Source: Cyanobacteria bacterium P01_F01_bin.13 (GTDB lineage Bacteria; Cyanobacteriota; Cyanobacteriia; Phormidesmidales; Phormidesmidaceae). From it: a stretch of DNA of 64,000 nucleotides. A program made the translations under genes and the position numbers. This document shows, piece by piece, positions 42,624 through 51,966 of the stretch (the first letter of the stretch is position 1; every line of letters begins with the position of its first letter). The DNA is taken from NCBI GenBank assembly GCA_039191365.1, contig JBCCXQ010000004.1, positions 6,458 to 70,457 of the forward strand, read 5' to 3'. The notes beneath the pieces were generated by a model. It saw only the letters and a list, made by a program, of their open reading frames with translations. It was not told the origin of the DNA and did no database searches.

Positions 42624-43703
42624 TTACAGTAGATGCAAGAACTTATCCTCTTTACCAAGAGCTTTAACAGCTTTCTTGATTTCCTGAGTGCGGTCTTTTT
42701 TAACAATCAGCGTGGCATTGCCATCACGTACAATCACGACGTCTTCCAGACCAATGGTGACTACGACTTCGTCTTCATTAGAGGAATAAATAATACAGCC
42801 ATTAGTATCGTGGGCCTGATGCTCACACATATCCACATTGGCAGCATCACCCTTCATCAGCCGTTCAATAGCGTTCCAATCACCCAGGTCATCCCAGCCA
42901 AAGTTAGCGGGCATCACATAGGCTTTTTGAGTTTTTTCCATGACCGCGTAGTCGATGCTGAGCTTTTCTAAATCGGCATAGGCATCAACGCCTTTGGCCA
43001 GCAGCGGACTCATCAGTTCGGGAGAGTAAGTCTTGAGTTCATCAATCATCACACCGGCAGGGAAGATGAACATGCCACTGTTCCAGCTGTAGCGACCGCT
43101 AGCTAGAAACTCTTCTGCCACTCTGCGCTCAGGCTTTTCGGTAAAACGGCTAACGCGGTAGGCAGCTAGTTCGCCATAGTTCCCAGCGTCGTCACCTTGC
43201 TCAATATAGCCGTAGCCCGTGGCTGGGAAAGTGGGCTGAATGCCAAGAGTGGCAATCGCTTGCTGACTTTGAGCCAGGTCAGCTGCAGCCTGAATGGTAG
43301 CGCGAAACTTAGGTTCGTCAGTGATGTAGTGATCGGCAGGGAAAAAACATGCGATCGCATCATCTCCATGTCGCTTGGCCACTTCCAAAGTTGCCCAGGC
43401 CACAGCTGGTGCTGTATCACGTCCCTGGGGCTCCACCAAAATATTCTCCACAGGCAGTTCTGGCAACTGCTGCTTCACACCCTCAGCCAAATGAGCTGCT
43501 GTAATCACCCACAGTGAATCCCAACTACCTGCTAACGGTAGTAAACGATCTGCTGTGGACTGCATCAAACTTCGACCACTTCCGTCTAAACATAAAAATT
43601 GCTTAGGGTGCTTCAGACGACTCACAGGCCAAAATCGCTCACCTTTACCACCCGCTAAAATAATCGGCACTAATTTTGGAGTTTGATTGATAGGTTGTGT
43701 CAT
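42624..43703 (-). CDS. manC: Mannose-1-phosphate guanylyltransferase
   Basis: ILAGG.GERFWP.SR..PKQF, EP.GRDTAPA, FPADH, FTEKP, WNSGMF, SIDYAVMEK, GWDDLG. Confidence 0.93.
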   Translation of the reverse strand: MTQPINQTPKLVPIILAGGKGERFWPVSRLKHPKQFLCLDGSGRSLMQSTADRLLPLAGSWDSLWVITAAHLAEGVKQQLPELPVENILVEPQGRDTAPAVAWATLEVAKRHGDDAIACFFPADHYITDEPKFRATIQAAADLAQSQQAIATLGIQPTFPATGYGYIEQGDDAGNYGELAAYRVSRFTEKPERRVAEEFLASGRYSWNSGMFIFPAGVMIDELKTYSPELMSPLLAKGVDAYADLEKLSIDYAVMEKTQKAYVMPANFGWDDLGDWNAIERLMKGDAANVDMCEHQAHDTNGCIIYSSNEDEVVVTIGLEDVVIVRDGNATLIVKKDRTQEIKKAVKALGKEDKFLHLL

Positions 43704-44060
43704 CGTTTACTTAATAAAGTTAAATTACAGCGTTAAAATGACTTGTCCTTATAGGATTCTGAACAATATTAGCGATTACCCAAAATACGCGGTATGCAAA
43801 CAGCTTAATATTGGTTAACTTATCACCTATGTGTAGGGCATATTAAAGCCCCAAGCATGTCACCCACGCCAGCAGCTACCGATGCATCTATATTTCAAAA
43901 AATTAATATGAACCGGCCTGCATGATAAGCATTCACTAAATAATGTCAAATCACGTTCTGACCTTTCATAGGCAAGCTCGTAATTTGGTTTTAGGGACCA
44001 CCACCATAAATTCTTTGCTAGACAGCTTTCGTCTCGTCCGGGCATTCTCATAAATACTCT

Positions 44061-45404
44061 ATGTTTCCCTCTCCATCCTCTAATTCTGAGCCTGCGGCTG
44101 CATCAAGACATAAACGGTCTTCATTCTTGGGTAGGGTTCTTCGCATCTGTGCTTGGACTGGCATTTTCGGCACAACAGCCGTAGTCTCTGCCGCAGCTGG
44201 AGCTGCTTTTATATTGACTGTGCCTTTACCCAAAGGCCTAGGGGAAGCAACGGCGGCTCCTCCTCTCAGTGACCTATGGAAATCTGGCTTTCGCTATCAA
44301 GTATCTCGCCCCGTCACCTTACTACTAATGGGTCTTGATGAAGGCACCGATATTGATGGTTCAGCACCGACGGATTTAGCGGGTCGTACGGACACCATAC
44401 TGCTGGCTCGGATTAATCCTGAGACGGAATCTATCAACGTTATGTCTATTCCAAGGGATACCCGAGTGGATATTCCGGGCTATGGCAGCGATAAAATCAA
44501 CCAAGCCAATGTAGAAGGGGGAGCAGAATTAGCTGCTCAAACTGTCAGCTACAACTTCAATGAGGTCGAAATCGATCGCTACGTACGCGTAAGCACCGCC
44601 GCTTTTCGAGAAATTGTCGATTTGATTGGGGGTGTCGAGGTATTTGTCCCCAAGGCAATGCAATATGAGGATAAAACTCAAGGTCTAGTAATCGATTTAG
44701 AACCGGGTTGGCAAACCCTCAACGGTGATGAAGCCGAACAGTTTGCCCGATTTCGCCAAGATAATTTGGGAGATATTGGACGAGTACAGCGCCAACAGGT
44801 TTTGCTCAAAGCTATGCGCGATCGCATGCTGAACCCAACAGTCATTACCCAGCTGCCGCAAATTGTTCGCATTCTGCAGAAACATATTGATACTAATCTA
44901 TCCACCGAAGAAATCTTAGCTCTGGCAGGGTTTGGTCTTCAGCTTGATAGAGAAGCCCTGAATATGGTGATGTTACCGGGGCGATTTAGTCGCCCGAATG
45001 AATATAGGGCAAGCTACTGGATTGCCGACATCAATGGTAGCAATGACGTTATGCAGCGCTTTTTCGACGCAGAACCCGATATTGTATTAGCCAATGACGT
45101 TCCTCGTCGTTCCATTAGTCGTCTTCAAATTGCTGTTCAAAATGCATCTAGAGATCCCTACATGGGCCAGGCCGTCGTAGAACACCTGCGCAATGAAGGC
45201 TTTCGCAATGTATATCTGATTGAAGACTGGCCTGATTTTCATCATCAAACATCTGTGATTGCCCAGCGAGGGGACTTGAACGGCGCTGGTTTTATAGAAG
45301 CTGTTCTAGGCGCTGGCAAGGTCGTTTCTGACTCTACAGGGGACCTCGATTCAGACATCACTATCCGCGTTGGCGATGACTGGAGCGAGTATATGATTCA
45401 GTAG
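44061..45404 (+). CDS. LCP (LytR-CpsA-Psr) family protein with LytR_C domain
   Basis: GRTDTI, SIPRDT, KINQA, FARFR...GDIGRVQRQQ, DITIRVGDDW. Confidence 0.93.
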   Translation: MFPSPSSNSEPAAASRHKRSSFLGRVLRICAWTGIFGTTAVVSAAAGAAFILTVPLPKGLGEATAAPPLSDLWKSGFRYQVSRPVTLLLMGLDEGTDIDGSAPTDLAGRTDTILLARINPETESINVMSIPRDTRVDIPGYGSDKINQANVEGGAELAAQTVSYNFNEVEIDRYVRVSTAAFREIVDLIGGVEVFVPKAMQYEDKTQGLVIDLEPGWQTLNGDEAEQFARFRQDNLGDIGRVQRQQVLLKAMRDRMLNPTVITQLPQIVRILQKHIDTNLSTEEILALAGFGLQLDREALNMVMLPGRFSRPNEYRASYWIADINGSNDVMQRFFDAEPDIVLANDVPRRSISRLQIAVQNASRDPYMGQAVVEHLRNEGFRNVYLIEDWPDFHHQTSVIAQRGDLNGAGFIEAVLGAGKVVSDSTGDLDSDITIRVGDDWSEYMIQ

Positions 45405-45421
45405 CTAGTGCAACCTGAGCC

Positions 45422-46114
45422 CTAGCTCAATGCTTGCATTAACGGCTCCCACCTGGACACATCTTCCATTAGGGTGCGATAGCCCAAAACATTAGGATGC
45501 AAGCCATCCAAACACAGGCGTTCATTACACCAGGCTTCTCCCTGAGAGCGCCACTGTTGATACAAATCTAGATAAGGAATCTGCTGCGCCTCACAAGCAT
45601 GACGAGTAATTTGGTTGTAGTGGGTCTGATCAATATTTGAAAAGTGGAGCACGTCAGCATAGGGCATTGGAGCTTCATTCACAGGCACCATCCCTACAAA
45701 AAATGTCGGACAAAGCAGCTTAGCCTGTTCCAGTAGGCTATGTAATTCTCGAGTAAACGTCACCTCATCCGTCATAGGTCGTCCCGTTGGCCGGCCCAAA
45801 CGAGCACAGTCATTTAAGCCCACCGATAAAACTAAAAGGTCAGGCACCCGACGACGCAATTCACCCCGCAGCTTAAATTCACTTTCCAACCGGGCTGATA
45901 CTTGCTGCACACCATCTCCCCGCACACCAAGATTGTAAATAATTGGTCCTGGCTGAGCTGGATCCATCCACTGCCGACGCAGACGCTCCACCCAGCCTCC
46001 ACCTTCCGTGTCACCATAGCCATAAATTAGGCTATCGCCTACCATAACCACTTTCTTAGGATGCGTAGTTTGCGGTTGACCACTGGCGGGAACACGAGCA
46101 ACAAGAGCAACCAT
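45422..46114 (-). CDS. GDSL/SGNH lipase-esterase
   Basis: GDSLIYG, NLGVRG, GLND, DGLHPN. Confidence 0.9.
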   Translation of the reverse strand: MVALVARVPASGQPQTTHPKKVVMVGDSLIYGYGDTEGGGWVERLRRQWMDPAQPGPIIYNLGVRGDGVQQVSARLESEFKLRGELRRRVPDLLVLSVGLNDCARLGRPTGRPMTDEVTFTRELHSLLEQAKLLCPTFFVGMVPVNEAPMPYADVLHFSNIDQTHYNQITRHACEAQQIPYLDLYQQWRSQGEAWCNERLCLDGLHPNVLGYRTLMEDVSRWEPLMQALS

Positions 46115-46270
46115 AAAGATTTTTAACCCTCACTGGCGGAATAACGAAACTATCGACGCTAGCCCTGATGACTAAGTCTGCAAGCCTAGACATCCGCAAA
46201 TTAACATTTTGTACAGGTTATTTTCAAATCTTTACGCCCAGACTCCTACAAATTTTCTTCTTCCTATGAC

Positions 46271-46297
46271 AAACCCAGGATGAGATTTCATCCTGGG
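46271..46297 (-). terminator. Terminator after gifA
   Basis: Perfect 10-bp stem cccaggatga/tcatcctggg. Confidence 0.7.
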
Positions 46298-46358
46298 CTA
46301 ATCGATCATAGTTGCATGGCAGCACACTTCCAACAGTGGGTCAGCGTTTAACTGATGT

Positions 46359-46559
46359 TTAACTCATAGCTGCATTACTACGGCCATAGGCATGTTGCAC
46401 ATCATACCTGGGCTTACCTTGAATACGACTGCCTGAACCAATTGCGTCCATTGGCATCCCTACACCTACAGCAGCACGACTCAATAAAGAGCGCTGTCGA
46501 TTAGTTACAGCATGGCGATTGCTAACGATGCGTAGTCTAGCAGACTCTTGAACAGACAT
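46359..46559 (-). CDS. gifA: Glutamine synthetase inactivating factor IF7
   Basis: 66 aa, MSVQESAR...NRQRSLLSRAA..VG...RIQGK...Y.RS.AAMS; SD AGGAGG; adjacent to glnA. Confidence 0.88.
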   Translation of the reverse strand: MSVQESARLRIVSNRHAVTNRQRSLLSRAAVGVGMPMDAIGSGSRIQGKPRYDVQHAYGRSNAAMS

Positions 46560-46624
46560 ACTTATTGACCTCCTATAGAAGTAAACCAAAGACACCGTTG
46601 CAGTGTCGTATGCTTTCAGTTTTA

Positions 46625-46656
46625 ATTATAGTCAGAAATTCCGTATATTTTGATAC
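46625..46656 (-). promoter_or_regulatory. gifA promoter: -10 TATAAT and NtcA site over the -35 region (repression geometry)
   Basis: GTA-tattttga-TAC at 46643-46656, 12 nt from TATAAT (minus strand, 46625-46630). Confidence 0.85.
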
Positions 46657-46691
46657 TTTTTGGCTTATATTTTTGTAAACATATATCGCAT

Positions 46692-46719
46692 AAAAAACGC
46701 CAGCCCGAGGACTGGCGTT
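46692..46719 (-). terminator. Terminator after glnA
   Basis: aacgccag/ctggcgtt stem with T run on the minus strand. Confidence 0.8.
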
Positions 46720-46759
46720 AAATCTTACGCAATAAATCGATCTAAAATTGCTTGAGCCA

Positions 46760-48181
46760 TTAGCAATCGTAGTAAAGGGCCAGCTCATAGGGGTGAGGAC
46801 GAATATCCATTGGAATCACCTCAGTATCAAGCTTGTAAGAAATCCAATTTTGGATAAAGTCTTCAGTAAATACGCCACCTTGAGTTAAGAATGCATGGTC
46901 GCTTTCTAGAGCAGATAGCGCTTCCTTAAGCGAACCAGGTGTAGAAGCAATTTTGGCCAGTTCCTCAGGACTAAGCTCATAGATATCCTGATCAATCGGT
47001 GCAGGCGGCTCAATCTGATTTTTGATACCGTCAATACCGGCACAAAGCATAGCTGCGAAGGCTAAGTAAGGATTAGAGGTTGGATCAGGGCAGCGGAACT
47101 CCAGACGCTTGGCCTTAGGACTATCACCAGACAGTGGAATCCGGATAGCTGCAGAGCGGTTACCGTTGGAATACACCAGGTTCACCGGTGCTTCAAAACC
47201 AGGCACCAGACGCTTGTATGAGTTTGTACTGGGATTAGAGAACGCCAGCACAGCAGGCGCATGCTTCAGCAAACCACCGATATACCAAGTCGCTAGCTGA
47301 CTTAACCCGGCATACAGTTTACCTGCCATCAAAGGCTGACCGTCTTTCCAGATGGACTGGTGAGTATGCATACCAGAACCGTTGTCTTCAAACAACGGCT
47401 TAGGCATAAAGGTCACTGTCTTGGCATACTTCTTGGCAACATTCTTAATGCAGTACTTATAGGTCATCAACCAGTCAGCGGCCTGGATCATTTCACCAAA
47501 GCGGAAACCCAGTTCGCACTGCCCACCCGTCGCAACTTCATGGTGATGCTTCTCAATGGGTACACCACAAGCTGCCATGGTCAATAGCATCTCAGTTCTC
47601 ATATCTTGAGATGTATCAGTAGGCGATACAGGAAAATAACCACCTTTATAAGCAGGCTTATAGCCTAAGTTACCGCCTTCTTCTTCACGACCGGTATTCC
47701 AACGGCCTTCAACGGTATCTACATGGTAATAACTGGAATTTGACGTAGTATCAAAACGAACGTCATCAAAAATGAAAAACTCTGCTTCAGGACCAAAGTA
47801 AGCAGTATCACCAATACCACTCGCTTTCAGAAAATCCAGTGCCTTCTGGGCAATGACGCGAGGGCAACGGTCATACCATGCACCAGTACGGGGCTCCTTA
47901 ATTGAACAAACCATACTTAGAGTCGGCTCTTTCATAAAGGGATCGATCCAGGCCGTAGCGGGATCGGGGACCATGGCCATATCTGACTCATTAATGGCCT
48001 TCCAACCTCGGATACTCGATCCGTCAAATGCCACTCCGTCGGTAAAGCTACTTTCATCAATTTGGCTGCGATGCACTGTAAGGTGTTGCCAGATACCTGG
48101 CAAATCGATGAATTTAAGATCAATCATTTGAATATCTTGATCTTTGATCATCTGCAAAACTTCTGCGGCAGTCTGAGCCAT
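46760..48181 (-). CDS. glnA: Glutamine synthetase type I
   Basis: FDGSSI.GW, GPEAEFF, HHHEVA..GQ.E, FMPKP...[27 protein letters not shown]. Confidence 0.98.
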   Translation of the reverse strand: MAQTAAEVLQMIKDQDIQMIDLKFIDLPGIWQHLTVHRSQIDESSFTDGVAFDGSSIRGWKAINESDMAMVPDPATAWIDPFMKEPTLSMVCSIKEPRTGAWYDRCPRVIAQKALDFLKASGIGDTAYFGPEAEFFIFDDVRFDTTSNSSYYHVDTVEGRWNTGREEEGGNLGYKPAYKGGYFPVSPTDTSQDMRTEMLLTMAACGVPIEKHHHEVATGGQCELGFRFGEMIQAADWLMTYKYCIKNVAKKYAKTVTFMPKPLFEDNGSGMHTHQSIWKDGQPLMAGKLYAGLSQLATWYIGGLLKHAPAVLAFSNPSTNSYKRLVPGFEAPVNLVYSNGNRSAAIRIPLSGDSPKAKRLEFRCPDPTSNPYLAFAAMLCAGIDGIKNQIEPPAPIDQDIYELSPEELAKIASTPGSLKEALSALESDHAFLTQGGVFTEDFIQNWISYKLDTEVIPMDIRPHPYELALYYDC

Positions 48182-48488
48182 GAATCACTCCTTTATTTAT
48201 GCATTCACTAGAGCCGTCTTCAAAAATGCCGTTTACGCACAGGCCAACACGTTTAACGGCCAAAATATTAAACAATGAGTAAGACTAAAAATGTGTACCT
48301 GTTAGAAATTTTCTATATTCCTAAGCAGAGAAACGCATATTCAGCAGATTTCTGCCATATGCCTATGTCAGAAAATTACTTACTACAACCCTCAATACCA
48401 GCTACGGCTTAAACGCTTGTACTACCAAAAAGGCGGCTCAACTGTTGCTGATGGAAACATCAGTATTTGCCACGACAAGGCTTGGATA

Positions 48489-48530
48489 ATCCTAGAAATA
48501 GTGATAGAGAGCGATTGTATCTCTTGTTAC
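48489..48530 (-). promoter_or_regulatory. Canonical NtcA-activated glnA promoter
   Basis: tGTA-tctcttgt-TACa at 48517-48530, 22 nt from -10 TAGGAT (minus strand, 48489-48494). Confidence 0.9.
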
Positions 48531-48647
48531 AAATTAAAGTTTTCTCTAGCAAGCCTGATACAAAATCAGCAATGCCTAAGCTGGTTTTGCGTATAATCAT
48601 CTCAGATCTTCCAAGTGGTTGACACTATCAAATAAACCCCATCAATT

Positions 48648-48739
48648 GTTACGAAAAGTTTCGCATTGTAAAAAATACCCTTGCCAATTCGCTTCTCCAA
48701 CGAGTGTCTTGCCTGCTGTTTAATTCACCGTGGTAGACT
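48648..48739 (+). promoter_or_regulatory. Putative apcF promoter with HLR1-like repeats and extended -10
   Basis: GTTACGAA-aa-GTTTCGCA-tt-GTAAAAAA (48648-48675); TGgTAGACT at 48731-48739. Confidence 0.45.
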
Positions 48740-49005
48740 AAGTTTTGGCATTTCAGTGGTGGAAAGTGTTTTCTCTGAACGGGTTTCAGGATTTGAAAGC
48801 ATCGTCAAGACAACGGCGAAACTCTTAGGAAATGCCTAGACAAGCAATCGGATCGCTCTTTAGCTTGTTCTCATATTTGGGTCATGCTATTGGTTCATAC
48901 CAATGATTGGTCGGTGCTTTTATAAGGACTTTTACCCCTAGCTTGGTTACAAGTTCCTACTTGATTTTTTGAGTCGCACATTAATCGCACTGGGAGAAAG
49001 ATTTC

Positions 49006-49515
49006 ATGCGGGATACGGTGACAGGTTTAATTAACACCTACGACATCACCGGTCGTTACCTCGATCGCGACGCCATCGATTCTTTAAAGGCCTACTTCGG
49101 CAGTGGCACTGATCGAGTGAAGGCTGCTGCATACATCAGCGCTAATGCATCTAGCTTGGTTAAAGCTACATCTACTGCACTATATGAGCAAATACCTGAG
49201 TTACTTCGCCCAGGCGGTAACTCTTATACCACTCGACGTTATGCCGCTTGCCTGCGAGATTTAGACTATTATCTTCGCTATAGTAGCTACGCTCTGGTAG
49301 CTGGGAACTGCGATGTGCTAACAGAGCGAGTCTTAAATGGCCTGCGTGAGACTTACAACTCCCTGGAGGTTCCGGTCGGTCCTACGGTGATGGGTATCCA
49401 GATCATGAAGGATGTGTTGAAGGAACAGCTCAGGTCTCAGGGCATAGACGACACATCGTTCGTAGACGTGCCCTTTGACCATCTTGCCCGCGAACTGGGA
49501 GAGGTGAGTGTTTAA
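49006..49515 (+). CDS. apcF: Allophycocyanin beta-18 subunit
   Basis: MRD.VT.LI..YD.TGRYLDRDAID.LK.YF, PGGNSYTTRRYAACLRD; 169 aa; divergent from glnA. Confidence 0.95.
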   Translation: MRDTVTGLINTYDITGRYLDRDAIDSLKAYFGSGTDRVKAAAYISANASSLVKATSTALYEQIPELLRPGGNSYTTRRYAACLRDLDYYLRYSSYALVAGNCDVLTERVLNGLRETYNSLEVPVGPTVMGIQIMKDVLKEQLRSQGIDDTSFVDVPFDHLARELGEVSV

Positions 49516-49554
49516 GCAACCTGGCCTGATTGAACAAGTAATTGAATAGTCTTG

Positions 49555-49587
49555 AAATGAGGTATTCATTTGAGTACCTCATTTTTT
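49555..49587 (+). terminator. Terminator after apcF
   Basis: aaatgaggtattc/gagtacctcattt followed by T run. Confidence 0.8.
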
Positions 49588-49596
49588 GCATGAGTC

Positions 49597-50838
49597 ATGA
49601 ATTATTTAGGCATTGACTTTGGTACCTCAGGAGCACGGGCGATCGCAATTGATGCTGCTGGTCAGGTAGTGGCTGAAACTCGCTGTCAGTATCGGTCACA
49701 AACGCCTGATGCAGAAGACTGGCATCATACTCTTTGGGCCTTAATCGACCAAATTGCCATCACCGTACGGAAAAAGATAGATGCCATCGCTATTGATGGC
49801 ACATCGGCAACAGTACTCCTGTGCGATCGCAACCACACACCTCTGGCCCCGCCTTTGCTTTATAACGATGCTCGCGGCGGCATCTCGACAGTAGCCCCAC
49901 AATCGAGTCCGGCCCACAGTGCTACATCGAGTCTGGCCAAAGCCCTATGGTGGTTGAATAATTTGCCTAATAAATTACTGACAAAAGCTTTCTATCTGGT
50001 CCATCAGGCCGATTGGCTCAGTAGCCTACTCCACGGCAAACCAGGCATCAGCGACTACAACAACGCCCTCAAGATAGGTTACGAGCCCAAAACAATGAAC
50101 TACCCCGCCTGGCTCACAGCCCTAGAAATTAGCCCTTGGCTGCCCAAAGTCTTTGCCCCTGGCACTGCGATCGCCCAGATCCAACCTCACATCGCCCAGC
50201 AATTAGGCTTGCCGCCTAGCTGTATCATCAAAACCGGTACCACCGATAGCATTGCCGCATTTTTAGCCAGTGGTGCAGAATCTCTGGGTGATGCCGTTAC
50301 CTCCCTGGGCTCGACGCTAGTGCTAAAACTCCTCAGCCCCATTGCCATTAATGATGCTCCTAGCGGCATCTACAGTCACCGGTTAGGTCAGCAGTGGCTA
50401 GTTGGTGGAGCCTCGAATACCGGAGGAGCAGTCCTGCGTCACTACTTTAATTATGAACAACTGCGCACCCTCAGTCCTCAGATCGATACCAGCCAGCCCA
50501 GCGGCCTTAATTACTATCCACTGATTACCCCTGGTGAGCGCTTTCCCATCAATGATGCTAATCTGGCCCCAAAACTTACACCGCGCCCGCCGGATCCAGT
50601 CACATTTCTCCATGGGTTGCTAGAAAGCATGGCCCGCATCGAAACATTGGGCTATCAAAAACTGACAGCTCTGGGCGGTGGTTCAGTGCAACGAATCTTC
50701 ACAGCAGGAGGAGGTTCCCAAAATATAACCTGGCAAACGTTGCGAGCTAAGGCATTGGGCCTTTCCCTAACACCCTCACTACATACCGAAGCCGCCTACG
50801 GAACAGCACGGCTAGCAGCCGGATTTATAGCCATCTGA
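49597..50838 (+). CDS. FGGY-family carbohydrate kinase (D-ribulose/xylulose kinase-like)
   Basis: GIDFGTSG, DGTS, HQADW, SDYNNALK.G, GTTDSIAAF, TSLGST, GGASNTGG, GERFP, EAAYG. Confidence 0.88.
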   Translation: MNYLGIDFGTSGARAIAIDAAGQVVAETRCQYRSQTPDAEDWHHTLWALIDQIAITVRKKIDAIAIDGTSATVLLCDRNHTPLAPPLLYNDARGGISTVAPQSSPAHSATSSLAKALWWLNNLPNKLLTKAFYLVHQADWLSSLLHGKPGISDYNNALKIGYEPKTMNYPAWLTALEISPWLPKVFAPGTAIAQIQPHIAQQLGLPPSCIIKTGTTDSIAAFLASGAESLGDAVTSLGSTLVLKLLSPIAINDAPSGIYSHRLGQQWLVGGASNTGGAVLRHYFNYEQLRTLSPQIDTSQPSGLNYYPLITPGERFPINDANLAPKLTPRPPDPVTFLHGLLESMARIETLGYQKLTALGGGSVQRIFTAGGGSQNITWQTLRAKALGLSLTPSLHTEAAYGTARLAAGFIAI

Positions 50839-50960
50839 GTAGATGCATTTATCAGATGGCTGCGGACATAGCTGTCGCTACCTAAAGCTTTTGGCGATTA
50901 CTGATGTTGTGAGCTGTGTGCGCCAAGCTATGTATAGAATGCCAGACCAGATGCTTAAAC

Positions 50961-50994
50961 AAAAAATGGCCAGTACCTAAAACACACTGGCCAT
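50961..50994 (-). terminator. Terminator after petG
   Basis: atggccagt/actggccat stem with T run on the minus strand. Confidence 0.7.
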
Positions 50995-51016
50995 GCATAA
51001 TCTGACCGATAAAAAT

Positions 51017-51130
51017 CTAGAAATTCAGCTGATCGCCACGACGATACTGCATGTAAGCTGCCACAAACAACCCAGCTAACGTTACCGGAATGAGACCCAA
51101 AACAATCCCCAACAGCAAAGGTTCAATCAC
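51017..51130 (-). CDS. petG: Cytochrome b6f subunit V (not in ORF track)
   Basis: GTG start; [37 protein letters not shown] (37 aa); SD GAGG upstream. Confidence 0.97.
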   Translation of the reverse strand: MIEPLLLGIVLGLIPVTLAGLFVAAYMQYRRGDQLNF

Positions 51131-51438
51131 GCTGCATTTCCTCTCTTAACTTACAAAACTTATAAAAGTAATGTCCCTAACACATTACTTCTTCTACCTT
51201 TATATTAGGCTATTCTTTGGCTGGAGCCTAGTGCAATGAAATTCATAGCCATTCTGTACGAATATACAAACGCCAAACCAACGTTTTACTCCCAAAAACT
51301 GTGCTTTTTATCCAGAAATGACATCGGCTTAATAAAAACTATAGATTTAATACCCATTTTTAAGACGAAACACCTTGCACTGTATCCTGAGAAAACTTTA
51401 AACTATGTATCATATACGCCATAACAAAGCGTTACGTT

Positions 51439-51855
51439 TTGCCTGTGACCCAAAATACGATTGATAGTCCAGCTCTTAATCAGTCAGCCTTAGACAAGCA
51501 GGGCAAACGACTGCTCGTGCAGTTTATTTTAGCCGCAGCTACTATTTTTTTCTGTGTCGTCCTTATCGTTTGGGGCATCCATAGAGTTCAGGTTTCAGAT
51601 CCCTACGTTCACGATGTTTTAGCTTCGACAGGTAACCTCGAACGAGGACAACAGCTATTTTGGCAAAACTGTGCAACTTGTCACGGATTAAAGGGTACGG
51701 GCGAAGTAGGACCTGACTTGCAGCATGTATCTGAGCGCAAGTCGCAAGTAGCCCTGATTAAGCAAGTAATTAGTGGAAAAACCCCACCCATGCCCCAGTT
51801 TCAGCCCAACACCCAGGATATGGCTGACCTACTGATATTTTTAGAGACTTTATAG
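51439..51855 (+). CDS. cytM: Cytochrome cM
   Basis: N-terminal TM, DPY...VL...G...G..LF..NCATCHG, VGP.L, G.TPPMP.F; divergent from petG. Confidence 0.88.
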   Translation: MPVTQNTIDSPALNQSALDKQGKRLLVQFILAAATIFFCVVLIVWGIHRVQVSDPYVHDVLASTGNLERGQQLFWQNCATCHGLKGTGEVGPDLQHVSERKSQVALIKQVISGKTPPMPQFQPNTQDMADLLIFLETL

Positions 51856-51966
51856 AGGCGCGTTTACTTTTTGCCACAGCTTCCTTGCAAATAATATGGC
51901 AAGTAGCACGGTCTTACTCCGATATTTTAGAATAAGGCCATACTTCAGAAGTGGAGCATATGCAAA

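Noticed and set aside
46560-46620. Glutamine riboswitch upstream of the gif gene
   Set aside because: The predicted 5' UTR is only about 60 nt and lacks the glnA-motif consensus; the protein is IF7-sized, not IF17
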